Part shown: piece after piece, positions 10,244-19,247 of the stretch
Numbering within the stretch: the first letter of the stretch is position 1
How the letters are laid out: every line of letters starts with the position of its first letter
DNA from: Capsulimonadales bacterium
Lineage (GTDB): Bacteria > Armatimonadota > Armatimonadia > Armatimonadales > Armatimonadaceae
NCBI GenBank assembly: GCA_033762295.1
Contig: JANRLW010000062.1
Span: 1 to 64,000, forward strand
DNA: 64,000 nt
Reading direction: 5' to 3'
The notes under the pieces: model-generated
Told to the model about the DNA's origin: nothing
The model's input: only the letters and a program-made list of their open reading frames with translations
Database searches by the model: none
Translations under genes and position numbers: made by a program

Positions 10244-10880
10244 CGGCGTTGCTCCTTTCTTCATGAGAATCGGCGAAATGCCGGGGTTTCGGGGTGACGT
10301 TTGCGCCGGGCGCCAGGGAAGCCAGTTCGTCGTTTTGCAGCAGCAACCGCATCCGCCGGGTCGCCTCATGAAACCGCCATTTCACGGTCCCGACCGGCTC
10401 ACCGGTGATTGCCGCGGTCTCTCGATAGGTCAACTGCTGGCCGGCGATCAGGAGCAGGACCTCCCGGTATGCCGGTTCCAGCTGTGCGAGCGCCCGGTCG
10501 AGTGTCGTTCGATCGAGCACGCCCCGTTCGACGTCGTCCCGATGGGCCAGGGATTCGGATAACGGCAGGGTCGGCGGGGTCGCGGAGCGCTGCCGGTCGC
10601 GCCAGCGGCGAAACGCGATTCCGCAGAGCCAGGCGAGCGGTCGTCCGCGCTCGGCATAGGTCCCGCAGGCGGTATAGGAGGCGACGAACGTATCCTGGGT
10701 CAGATCCTCGGCCTCCGAACGGTTTCCCTGCGTCAGGCGCAGTAGCAGTCCCAGCACACGGGGCGCATACCGGACGTACAGCCGATCGAACGCCTCCCGA
10801 TTCCCCTGCCGCAACAGGGTAGGGGCAGGTTCGTTCTCCTCCGGGGTGCCGGCCACGTTTTCCGAAAGGGGTTTCGACAT
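10194..10880 (-). CDS. ECF-family RNA polymerase sigma factor
   Basis: AFDRLY, AEDLTQDTF, AWLCGIA and YRETAAITGEPVGTVKWR (regions 2 and 4). Confidence 0.9.
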   Translation of the reverse strand: MSKPLSENVAGTPEENEPAPTLLRQGNREAFDRLYVRYAPRVLGLLLRLTQGNRSEAEDLTQDTFVASYTACGTYAERGRPLAWLCGIAFRRWRDRQRSATPPTLPLSESLAHRDDVERGVLDRTTLDRALAQLEPAYREVLLLIAGQQLTYRETAAITGEPVGTVKWRFHEATRRMRLLLQNDELASLAPGANVTPKPRHFADSHEERSNADESGSGASQIARSGGR

Positions 10881-10939
10881 GGAGTTTCCTTCACCCTTAC
10901 TGGTAGCCGCGCATCGGCAAATGGTTGGCGAGATCCGCC

Positions 10940-11977
10940 CTATTTTTCGCTTGCCGGCGCGAGGAGGGCACGAAGTTCGGGATACTCCCGGAAACGCCAG
11001 ATCAGACCGTCGGTGTAGTAGTGGAAGATTACCAGCATGGTGGCGGGGACGAACACCCACATCGCCCAGCTGTCGGGATGGAGCAATCCCTCGATCTCGA
11101 TCACGCCGACGACCGCGCCGTACAGCAACGCCACCGCCGCCCACTTCATCGCCACATTCCGGATATCGGGGAAGCGACGCCGCTGAAAATGCATCATCCA
11201 GCCGTGATACTGGACATCATGGTAGGCGGTTTCCAGGGCTTCCGCTACCAGAAACGGTGTCGCCGTGGCGAAAAAGACGAAGAAATGGGTCGAAAGCGCG
11301 GACCCCATCAGCAACAGTTTCGGCAGATTGACCGGCTTTCCGGTTCCGGCCCGCCAGACCTGTCGAAAGACCACCAGGGTGATCAACACCAGAAACACCT
11401 TCCAGAGATTCTCGCCCCACTCACCCGGCAAAGTCGGCGCATGAACCCGGATATTTCCGTAGACGATCAGCGGATTTTTCGTATCCCCGTAGTCATTGAA
11501 GAAGCAGGCGAACATCCCGAGGTAATACGCCGCGCCGTCGAGGACGTTATCCGCGGGTTCCCGATCGTCGTTCAGCGCCTTGTAGATTTTTATAAAGCCC
11601 CAGTGCTGTCGAATGATATGCCAGGTGCCGTAGATCGCCGCGCCGACGATCAGATACGCTTCCCACTTCAGCAGGAGGAACACATACCCGACCAGAATGA
11701 ACCCGGCGAGTCCCCAGGTGTAGAGCCGTCGGCGTTTGGCGAACTCCTCACGGTCGAAATGGGTCCGGGAAAAGGTCTGGAAGATATGCGGGTGATCGAA
11801 GAACGCCGTAAAGAGAAAATAGGTAATCAGCACGGAGTCGCCGCGCCAGAGGAATCCCAGGTGATGCGCCGTCTGATAGATGCCGAAAAAGGCGAAGGTC
11901 AGGAGGCAGGACCCGATGAAAAAGGTCAGGTCGTAACCCGGCGAGACGATCCAGCGAACGGGCTTCGGCGCGCTCAC
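10940..11977 (-). CDS. Polytopic membrane protein with several His motifs (putative metal-dependent membrane enzyme)
   Basis: About 9 hydrophobic segments; DHPHIFQT, WHIIRQHWG, HDVQYH and FHYYTDGLIW motifs; GTG start overlaps the speD stop (GTGA). Confidence 0.7.
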   Translation of the reverse strand: MSAPKPVRWIVSPGYDLTFFIGSCLLTFAFFGIYQTAHHLGFLWRGDSVLITYFLFTAFFDHPHIFQTFSRTHFDREEFAKRRRLYTWGLAGFILVGYVFLLLKWEAYLIVGAAIYGTWHIIRQHWGFIKIYKALNDDREPADNVLDGAAYYLGMFACFFNDYGDTKNPLIVYGNIRVHAPTLPGEWGENLWKVFLVLITLVVFRQVWRAGTGKPVNLPKLLLMGSALSTHFFVFFATATPFLVAEALETAYHDVQYHGWMMHFQRRRFPDIRNVAMKWAAVALLYGAVVGVIEIEGLLHPDSWAMWVFVPATMLVIFHYYTDGLIWRFREYPELRALLAPASEK

Positions 11978-12372
11978 CGTGCGCTCTCTCCCCGTCGCTG
12001 AACCCGTCGCCCGGTGCGTCCCGGCGCAAGGGCGGCGCAAAACACGTCCGCCGCCCGGATCGCCGTCTCCTCCGAGCCGCAGGTAAAGACGTCCGCCGCG
12101 ACAAAACCCCGTTCCGGATAGGTATGAAACGCGATATGCGACTCCGCCAGCGGCACAAACCCGGTCAGTCCGCCGTTCGGAAACCGATAGACGACCGGAT
12201 CGGAAAGGCAGGTCAGGCCCGCGGTCTCCGCCGCCTCGATCAGGGTCCGACGTAACCGCTCGCCATCCGTCACCCGTTCCTGCGCCACCGCATACAGGTC
12301 CAGCAGTACGTGAACGCCGACGCCGTTTTCCGCCACGGAGGGTTCCCGCGCCTCAGGAAACACGTCGATCAC
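11974..12372 (-). CDS. speD: Pyruvoyl-dependent S-adenosylmethionine decarboxylase proenzyme (class 1B)
   Basis: GVHVLLDL and GLTGFVPLAESHIAFHTYPERGFVAADVFTCG with the ESH autocleavage site; GTGA overlap with speE. Confidence 0.85.
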   Translation of the reverse strand: MIDVFPEAREPSVAENGVGVHVLLDLYAVAQERVTDGERLRRTLIEAAETAGLTCLSDPVVYRFPNGGLTGFVPLAESHIAFHTYPERGFVAADVFTCGSEETAIRAADVFCAALAPGRTGRRVQRRGESAR

Positions 12373-13961
12373 TCCCATTTTCGCGTGCCTTTCTCGTAAA
12401 GATCCAGAATCCGGGGAAAATCCAGGGTCGACGGTTCCGAGACGACCCGATCCGTGTCGGCATCGAACGCCGCCATGCCGATCGCCGATGCGCTGTTGAG
12501 AAACCGGGTCGGCACCGGGCTTTCGGCGAGGCGCATGCCGGTCAGTTTCGGCGCGGCCTCGACCCCGGCCAGAATGAACCCCCACTCCCCGAACGATGGC
12601 ACGTAGACATGATACGGGGTCGTACGGAACCCCGCCTCGCTCATCGTCTTCTCGATACACCAGAACGCCTCCCGGGCGACCAGCGGCGAGGTCGCCTGAG
12701 TGACGAACACCCCACCGACGCCCAGACGGGTTCGCGCCAGCCGGTAGAACTCCCGCGCGTACAGTTTCGCCAGCGCTTCATGATTCGGGTCCGGCAGGTC
12801 GGCGATAATGACCCCGTACCGATCGCTTCCCTCTTCCAGGAATTTGAACGCGTCGGTGTGAACGACACGAACCCGCGGATCGTTCAGGGCATTCTCGTTC
12901 AGCCGCACCAGGGCAGGGTAGGTGCGCGCCAGCCGGGTCATCTCCGGGTCGATGTCCACCAGTGTCACCCGCCGGACGTCGGGATACTTCAGCGCCTCCC
13001 GGACCCCGAGACCGTCCCCGCCACCCAGAATCAACACCTCCTCGCGGGACGCCGACAGCCGCATCGCCGGATGCACCAGGGACTCATGATAGCGGTACTC
13101 GTCGTTCGCCGAGAACTGGATGTTGCCATCCAGGTACAGCCGGATATCGTCCCGCTGCCGGGTGATAATGATCTTCTGATACGGCGTCTGCCGGGCGAAA
13201 AGGATGGCGTCCTCGTAGAGACGACGCTCGAGCAGAGAGGCGCCGCGATCGGCGAAGGCGACCCCGGCGGCCAGTCCGGCGGTCGCCAGCAAGGTCGCCG
13301 TCCACGGCCCACGGATCGGCAGCCGGTGGCGGAACACATGCAGGTTATACATCGCGATGCCGAGATTGAGCAGACCGACGACGAAAGCGGTCCGGGTGGT
13401 CCCGAGCAACGGCAGCAGAACGAGGGGAAACGCGACCGAACCGAGCAGCGACCCGACATAGTCGAAGGAAAGCGCATGGGCGATGGTCGTTCGCAGCGCG
13501 CCGTACCGCCCGAGCAGACGGGTCAGCAGCGGCAGCTCGATCCCGACCAGACCGCCGATCAGGATCAGCAGACCGAACAGGGCGACGTAGTAGCCCGCCC
13601 CGAGGTAGGCGTAGGCCGCGAACAGAGTCCAGGCGGACAATCCTCCGACCGTCCCCAGAACGATTTCGACGGTCAGAAAGGTGGACAGAAGGTTTCGACC
13701 GACGAACTGCGAAACGTAGGACCCCAGTCCCATCGCGCCGATAAAGGTGCCGATACAGAGGGAGAACTGGGTGACCGACGATCCGAGAAGGTACGAGGAG
13801 ATCGTCGCGATCAGCAGTTCGTAGATCAGGCCGCAGGCCGCGACCAGGAAGACCGACGCCAGCAGCGTCAACGCTTCCTGGCGCATCGCCGGCGTCAGTG
13901 CGGTCTCCTGCGCGTGCGGCGAGTACCGCGTTTCCTCCGTGCCCGGGGCCGGGGTTTCCAT
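12369..13961 (-). CDS. speE: Polyamine aminopropyltransferase with N-terminal ~7-TM domain
   Basis: CGLIYEL TM domain; QTPYQKI, LYLDGNIQF, YHESLVHP, VLILGGGDG and DLPDP. Confidence 0.9.
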   Translation of the reverse strand: METPAPGTEETRYSPHAQETALTPAMRQEALTLLASVFLVAACGLIYELLIATISSYLLGSSVTQFSLCIGTFIGAMGLGSYVSQFVGRNLLSTFLTVEIVLGTVGGLSAWTLFAAYAYLGAGYYVALFGLLILIGGLVGIELPLLTRLLGRYGALRTTIAHALSFDYVGSLLGSVAFPLVLLPLLGTTRTAFVVGLLNLGIAMYNLHVFRHRLPIRGPWTATLLATAGLAAGVAFADRGASLLERRLYEDAILFARQTPYQKIIITRQRDDIRLYLDGNIQFSANDEYRYHESLVHPAMRLSASREEVLILGGGDGLGVREALKYPDVRRVTLVDIDPEMTRLARTYPALVRLNENALNDPRVRVVHTDAFKFLEEGSDRYGVIIADLPDPNHEALAKLYAREFYRLARTRLGVGGVFVTQATSPLVAREAFWCIEKTMSEAGFRTTPYHVYVPSFGEWGFILAGVEAAPKLTGMRLAESPVPTRFLNSASAIGMAAFDADTDRVVSEPSTLDFPRILDLYEKGTRKWE

Positions 13962-13976
13962 AAAATCGGAATCCGT

Positions 13977-14300
13977 CTACGGCGAAAGGATCGTCGCCGC
14001 GATGATCAGGCAGACGCCGAGGACGATCGCGCCCGCCAGAACCGCCGCCGCCATGTTCTTCTGTTCGAAGATCTCCTTCTCGATATCGTGGCGGACGACG
14101 ACATCGAAGAGTTTGAAGCCGACGATGGCGAGAATGATCCCGATCGCGCCGAAAACCAGCGTGCCGACGATGCTCTGTAGCATATCCCGACTTCGCGCCG
14201 GTGCGTTCGCCGGGTCCTGCGCCCAGGCCGCCGCCGAAAACAGCACGGACGTAAACGTTACCGCCGTCCTCCCCAGAAGCCGCCCGATCCTTGTCCTCAT
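13977..14300 (-). CDS. DUF350-family membrane protein
   Basis: FKLFD...DIEKEIFEQKNMAAAVLAGA motif with two TMs and a signal-like N-terminus; GGAGG SD. Confidence 0.8.
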   Translation of the reverse strand: MRTRIGRLLGRTAVTFTSVLFSAAAWAQDPANAPARSRDMLQSIVGTLVFGAIGIILAIVGFKLFDVVVRHDIEKEIFEQKNMAAAVLAGAIVLGVCLIIAATILSP

Positions 14301-14328
14301 GCCCATCCTCCCGATCCTCCGTCGATCT

Positions 14329-14517
14329 TTATTTCCCGTAACGCGGTCCGCCATCGATATCGATTCCGAGCCGGGCCGTTCGCTGCTGCAGAATCATCCG
14401 TTCGCGGATGGCGGCGTCATCCGTGGTGGAGATCCCCCACCCCAAATAGGACGCGGTCATCGACAGAAGCAACAAGCAAACCAGAACCGCCAGGGTGAAT
14501 CGGTATCCGATGCCCAT
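14329..14517 (-). CDS. Small single-TM protein ending GGPRYGK
   Basis: GGAGG SD; located between DUF4178 and DUF350 genes; N-terminal hydrophobic helix. Confidence 0.75.
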   Translation of the reverse strand: MGIGYRFTLAVLVCLLLLSMTASYLGWGISTTDDAAIRERMILQQRTARLGIDIDGGPRYGK

Positions 14518-14531
14518 CCGTTTCCTCCCGT

Positions 14532-15818
14532 CTAACTTTCCCAGACCTTTTTCTGCGCCGTGACGGAAGCCATTGCGAGAGCGATCAGCCCGATCCCCAG
14601 GGCAGGGAAGCCGAACCAGAGCAGATGGCTCGGGCAGGCGACTCCTTCCTCGATGGAGAAGAAGACCGCAATCTCCGGACTTCCGGGCGGCAATTCGGTT
14701 CCGTTGGGTCCTTCCGGGTCCGTGAAGACACGAACGAACACCTGACGCGGCTTGTCGAGATGGTACTCCTGCTGGGCGGCGGTCACCGACTCGCTCCAGT
14801 AGCCGTCATCATAACCGCTCTCGGCCCAGAACTCGCCGTCGAGTCCGAACAGCGGCTTTCCTTCCGGCGTTTCGATCACGCCCTGCGCCCAGGTGGACCG
14901 GTTATTCGGCACGCCGGCCGACAGACGGAATCGGGACGGACGGACGGTCTCCTTCAGCGCGAAAGGGCCGAAACGCAGCCCTTCCTCCGGCACCCGAACC
15001 CCTCCGGTCGTGCCCTGCGCAATGATTGTGCCCGTGTTCGGCATCAGGAAAAACCCGGCGAACGCGAAAAAGGCCATCCCGATCACGTACCACCCGAAGT
15101 TCCGTTGCGCCCGCGCCCTGCTTGCCTGAGCGATCTCCTTTCGGAGGAGATCGTCCAGACCGAACCAGGTCAGCACCTCCCGATCGTCCAGGGAACGACA
15201 GCGATACCACTCCGCCTCGCCGGTATCTTCCTTCAGTTCGAACCCGTAGGCGTCTCCGCCCATGGCCACGTCGGCGAAATAGAACGACTGACCGACACGA
15301 ACGGGCCAGGGCAACGCCCCTTCAATATCCGTGACCTCGCAGGTGCCGCAGTCCCGAACCGTTCCCATCCGACCGAAAACCGGAATCGGCATCCCTTCGT
15401 ACGCCTTCAGCGCCTGGCGAACGCTCTCCGGACCGGCAGGCTCGGTCGGTTCGGCGAGCAGCCACTTCCCCGCCTCAAATTCCAGATATCTCTCCTCGCC
15501 GTCGGAGGTCAGCAGAACGAACGTCTGCCAGAAATAGTTTTCATCCGTGCCCGTATCGGTGTTTCTCACGGTCTGACGATACGCGACGATCGCCACGAGG
15601 AAGTAGGTCCGCCCCGCCAGTTGCGCCTTCATGCCGACCCGAAGCGGCGTTCGATGCGGCACGGGATCGCCGGGACGAGCAAAATGGGATCGTGCCGGAA
15701 TCTCCTTCCCGCAGCGGGCGCAGACATAACCCGACCGGCCGGAGGACGGCAGGAAGGCGAATCCGCCACAGGCAGGACAGGTGGTTTCCGATGGTTCAGG
15801 CATACCCGGTTGATCCAT
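14532..15818 (-). CDS. DUF4178-domain membrane protein with N-terminal Zn-ribbon
   Basis: CPAC...CARC, TPLRVGMK, YFWQTFVL, EGALPWPVRVG and FWAESGYDDGYWSE; two TMs; operon context. Confidence 0.75.
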   Translation of the reverse strand: MDQPGMPEPSETTCPACGGFAFLPSSGRSGYVCARCGKEIPARSHFARPGDPVPHRTPLRVGMKAQLAGRTYFLVAIVAYRQTVRNTDTGTDENYFWQTFVLLTSDGEERYLEFEAGKWLLAEPTEPAGPESVRQALKAYEGMPIPVFGRMGTVRDCGTCEVTDIEGALPWPVRVGQSFYFADVAMGGDAYGFELKEDTGEAEWYRCRSLDDREVLTWFGLDDLLRKEIAQASRARAQRNFGWYVIGMAFFAFAGFFLMPNTGTIIAQGTTGGVRVPEEGLRFGPFALKETVRPSRFRLSAGVPNNRSTWAQGVIETPEGKPLFGLDGEFWAESGYDDGYWSESVTAAQQEYHLDKPRQVFVRVFTDPEGPNGTELPPGSPEIAVFFSIEEGVACPSHLLWFGFPALGIGLIALAMASVTAQKKVWES

Positions 15819-16054
15819 CCGTTCTCTTTTTGCGGAAGGTTCTCCTTCCCCTGTTCGTCAGACCGGCAACCATCGATCCGGTTGCGGTCGATTCTCCCCC
15901 TGCTCTTCCGGTCAGGCGGCGCGGCGGACGCCCCTCCTCTCTCGACGGATGCCCATCAGGAGCCGATCGGCTATTCTGAATCCGGAACGCAACTCCCGCC
16001 GGGTCGCCGCCGACGTGGCGGGAACGAAATCGGCGAAAGGATATCAAAAAGAAT

Positions 16055-16951
16055 ATGGATACCGCAGGAACGCTCACCGCCTTTTCGGGGGAACTCGCCG
16101 CCGCGGTCGCGCGGACGGGTGAATCACTGGTTCGGGTCGATGACGGGTCGCGCTTTACCGCGACCGGAATCCTCTGGGACACGGGTCTGGTGGTCACCAC
16201 CTCGCACGGGGTGGAAAGGGATGAGGAGATCGTCGTCATCACCGCGGACGGGGTCCGTCACGCCGCCACGCTGGTCGGACGGGACGCCGACAGCGATATC
16301 GCGGTGCTCAAAACGGCCGATTCCCTGTCGGCCCCGATCGCGAAGGAGACCGACGAACAGGCGGTCCGGGTCGGACACCTCGCGCTTGCCGTCGCCCGGC
16401 CCGGCGACAACGGTCTGACCGCCACCCTGGGCCTCATCACGCGCAAATACGAAACCGAGACCGAAGGAAACCCCGAATATATCCTGAACACCGACGCGAT
16501 TCTGTACCCCGGCTTTTCGGGCGGCGCGCTGATCGGCGTCGAGGGGAAACTGCTCGGCCTCCTGAACCGTCTCTTCGGTCAGGGACTGGGTGTCGCCCTG
16601 GGCGTACCGCTGGTGGAGCGGATTGTCGGACTTCTGGTAGCGCATGGAAAGATGCCGCGCGGTTACCTGGGTATCCGGACACAGGTTGTCGCCCTGCCGG
16701 AAAACCTCCGGGCCGGGCTGGCGCTGGCCCAGGAACGGGGCCTTCTGATCTCGGGCGTGTCCCCGCAGAGTCCCGCCGATACCGCCGGGCTCCTTCTGGG
16801 CGATACCCTGTTGAAAGTGAACGGCCAGCCGATTCAGGATACCGAGGAGTTGAAGCGTTACCTTCGGGTCGGCCAGACGATCGCCGTCACCCTTTTGCGC
16901 GGCGGTGTGCCGACGGAGCTTTCCGCCACCATCGAAGCCGAAAAAGAGTAG
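16055..16951 (+). CDS. S1C trypsin-like serine protease with PDZ domain, no signal peptide
   Basis: TTSH, SDIAVL and PGFSGG catalytic triad; RGYLGI and SPADTAGLLLGD PDZ motifs. Confidence 0.85.
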   Translation: MDTAGTLTAFSGELAAAVARTGESLVRVDDGSRFTATGILWDTGLVVTTSHGVERDEEIVVITADGVRHAATLVGRDADSDIAVLKTADSLSAPIAKETDEQAVRVGHLALAVARPGDNGLTATLGLITRKYETETEGNPEYILNTDAILYPGFSGGALIGVEGKLLGLLNRLFGQGLGVALGVPLVERIVGLLVAHGKMPRGYLGIRTQVVALPENLRAGLALAQERGLLISGVSPQSPADTAGLLLGDTLLKVNGQPIQDTEELKRYLRVGQTIAVTLLRGGVPTELSATIEAEKE

Positions 16952-16991
16952 GGAGTAGAGCAGGGAAGTAAGGAAGCACAGGAGAAGTCTC

Positions 16992-17678
16992 TTGACGGAT
17001 TGCGCACGGGTTCTGATCGTTGCCGGATATCCCTCGGTCCGGGCGGGGCTGCACGCCCTGCTTTCGGACGCCGACGGTCTGACCGTTCTGGGGGCGGTGG
17101 AAGGGGCGGGCGAGACGCTGGCTCGCCTCCTTCCGGAACTGTCCCCTCAGGCGGTGCTGCTGGATACGGCCGGGTGGGACCGCTCCGGTTCCGAGAGCCT
17201 GAACGACCTGCTGGAACTGCTCGCGATCAATCCCGCCGCGCTGATCATTCTCGGCGATACGCCCGAGAACGATCTTCCCCTGCTCGCGGAAGCCGACCTT
17301 CCCGGCTATGGCTACCTGCTCCGCCAGGTGGACGGTCCGCAGATCGTGGCAGCCGTCCGCGCCGCCGCCGCGGGTCTGACCGTGCTCGATCGCGGTCTGC
17401 CGCTGCCGCTCTTATCCCCGGTCGAGGACGACCCCGAAAACCTTCCGGCCGCCGCGCCGACACAGGAAGAGATTCCGGGCGAAACCCTGACTCCGCGCGA
17501 AATCGAGGTGCTGGAACTGATGGCGCAGGGCCTGCCGAACAAGATCATCGCCGCCCGCCTCAAAATCAGCCTGCATACGGCCAAGTTCCATGTCGCCCAG
17601 ATCCTGGGCAAACTGAATGCCGCCTCACGAACCGAAGCGGTGACCACCGGCGCGCGTCGCGGCTATGTCACGCTGTGA
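16992..17678 (+). CDS. NarL/LuxR-type regulator with atypical receiver domain
   Basis: LTPREIEVLELMAQGLPNKIIA...TAKFHV LuxR HTH. Confidence 0.85.
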   Translation: MTDCARVLIVAGYPSVRAGLHALLSDADGLTVLGAVEGAGETLARLLPELSPQAVLLDTAGWDRSGSESLNDLLELLAINPAALIILGDTPENDLPLLAEADLPGYGYLLRQVDGPQIVAAVRAAAAGLTVLDRGLPLPLLSPVEDDPENLPAAAPTQEEIPGETLTPREIEVLELMAQGLPNKIIAARLKISLHTAKFHVAQILGKLNAASRTEAVTTGARRGYVTL

Positions 17679-17764
17679 CGTCCCGGATCGTCGCGCATCG
17701 GCACGAAACGCGGACGGGGCCGTTCCGCTCTTCGGGTACAATACCGACCGGAGGTACTCAGACC

Positions 17765-18244
17765 ATGGCAGAACGACCGACCGAGGGGCAGGAGGCCCCG
17801 GATTTTTCCCTCGCCACCCAGACCGGCGACCAGCCGATCCGTCTTTCCGACTTTCGCGGCAAACAGGCCGTCGTTCTCTACTTCTACCCGAAGGACGACA
17901 CCCCCGGATGCACCACCGAGTCCTGCGCGTTTCGTGACCTGAACCGGGACTTCGCCGACGCCGGAGCGGCTATCCTCGGTATCTCGCTCGACGATGTCGA
18001 CTCGCATCGAAAATTCGCCGAAAAGTTTCAACTGTCGTTCCCCCTGCTTGCGGACACCGAAACGACCGTCTCCGATGCCTACGGCGTCTACAAGGAGAAG
18101 AACAACTACGGCAAGAAGTACATGGGCATCGAGCGAACCACCTTCGTGATCGACAAAGAGGGAAAGATCGCGAAAGTGTATCCGCGTGTCAAGGTGGATC
18201 AGCACGCCGAGGAGGTGCTGGAGTTTGTGAAAAGTCTTTCCTGA
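17765..18244 (+). CDS. bcp: Thioredoxin-dependent peroxiredoxin Bcp/PrxQ
   Basis: LYFYPKDDTPGCTTESC and GIERTTFVID; GGAGG SD and TACAAT upstream. Confidence 0.92.
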   Translation: MAERPTEGQEAPDFSLATQTGDQPIRLSDFRGKQAVVLYFYPKDDTPGCTTESCAFRDLNRDFADAGAAILGISLDDVDSHRKFAEKFQLSFPLLADTETTVSDAYGVYKEKNNYGKKYMGIERTTFVIDKEGKIAKVYPRVKVDQHAEEVLEFVKSLS

Positions 18245-18328
18245 CACCGTTTAGCGGATTGTTCGAACCGGGCGATAGGAATATGTACGGTTTTTGACGA
18301 CGTATCTTTTTGAAAGGGGGCGATTCCA

Positions 18329-18397
18329 ATGACATTCACTCGATGTATTGCCGCATGGTTCGTCCCCGTCTTCCGGATATCTCCTCCGGTAGCCTGA
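18329..18397 (+). CDS. Putative 22-aa leader peptide MTFTRCIAAWFVPVFRISPPVA
   Basis: AAAGGGGG SD 8 nt upstream of ATG; ends 54 nt before the RIO1 gene, next to a hairpin that covers the RIO1 SD. Confidence 0.55.
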   Translation: MTFTRCIAAWFVPVFRISPPVA

Positions 18398-18451
18398 TTT
18401 CAGGAACGGTCTCCGAACGTGCGGCCCTGCGCGCGTCTGTTCGGAGGCTTT

Positions 18452-19198
18452 ATGTCGGAACCCTGGAATCCGCTGGATTCACTCCATCCCTTCTTCACGA
18501 ACGAAACATTGATCGAGGTTCTCTACCTCGTCAAAAGCGGTAAGGAAGCGACGGTCTTTTGCTGTCGCGGCGGCGCCAAGATCGGCGGCGGTCTGGTGGC
18601 GGCCAAAATCTACCGTCCGCGCGAACACCGCCGATTCAAAAACGATGCCATCTACCGGCAAGCGCGTCTGACCGGCAATAGTCGCGAGGCGCGGGCGGCC
18701 CGCAGCAAATCCGGCTTCGGCAGGGAAGTGCTGTTCGGTGAGTGGGTCGGTCATGAAATGGCCGCCCTGCGAACGTTCCACGACGCCGGTATCCCCGTGC
18801 CGAAACCGCTGACGTCGACCGATACCGCTCTGTTGATGGAGTTTCTCGGCGACGAGGAAACGGCGGCCCCACCGTTGATTCAAACCCGACTGCGGCTCCA
18901 TGACGCGGTTCGGCACTATCGCCGGATGCTGAACGTTATCGAAGCCATGCTGAACGTCCGGCACGTCCATGGCGACCTGTCCGCCTACAACCTGCTCTAC
19001 TGGCGGGAGCAGGTTTTCGTGATCGACGTTCCGCAGACGGTACACCCCTGGGAGAACCCCGATGCCCTCGATCTGTTGATCCGGGATGTCACCAACGTCG
19101 CCGATTACTTCGCCGACCAGGGCGTACGTACCGGTGACCCGGAAAGGATCGCGCACGGCATGTGGCACCGTTACCGCTACGAACGGGCAACCTACTGA
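18452..19198 (+). CDS. RIO1-family atypical kinase/ATPase
   Basis: KSGKEATVF, AAKIYR, HGDLSAYNLL and IDVPQ; GGAGG SD. Confidence 0.9.
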   Translation: MSEPWNPLDSLHPFFTNETLIEVLYLVKSGKEATVFCCRGGAKIGGGLVAAKIYRPREHRRFKNDAIYRQARLTGNSREARAARSKSGFGREVLFGEWVGHEMAALRTFHDAGIPVPKPLTSTDTALLMEFLGDEETAAPPLIQTRLRLHDAVRHYRRMLNVIEAMLNVRHVHGDLSAYNLLYWREQVFVIDVPQTVHPWENPDALDLLIRDVTNVADYFADQGVRTGDPERIAHGMWHRYRYERATY

Positions 19199-19247
19199 AA
19201 ACCGGGGGCGACGGAGAGACGGGCATCGTGCGTTTCGCCCGTCCTCC

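Noticed and set aside
15820..16050. SAM riboswitch upstream of the speE/speD operon
   Set aside because: GCAACC is present but the other SAM-I core elements are not in the right order.
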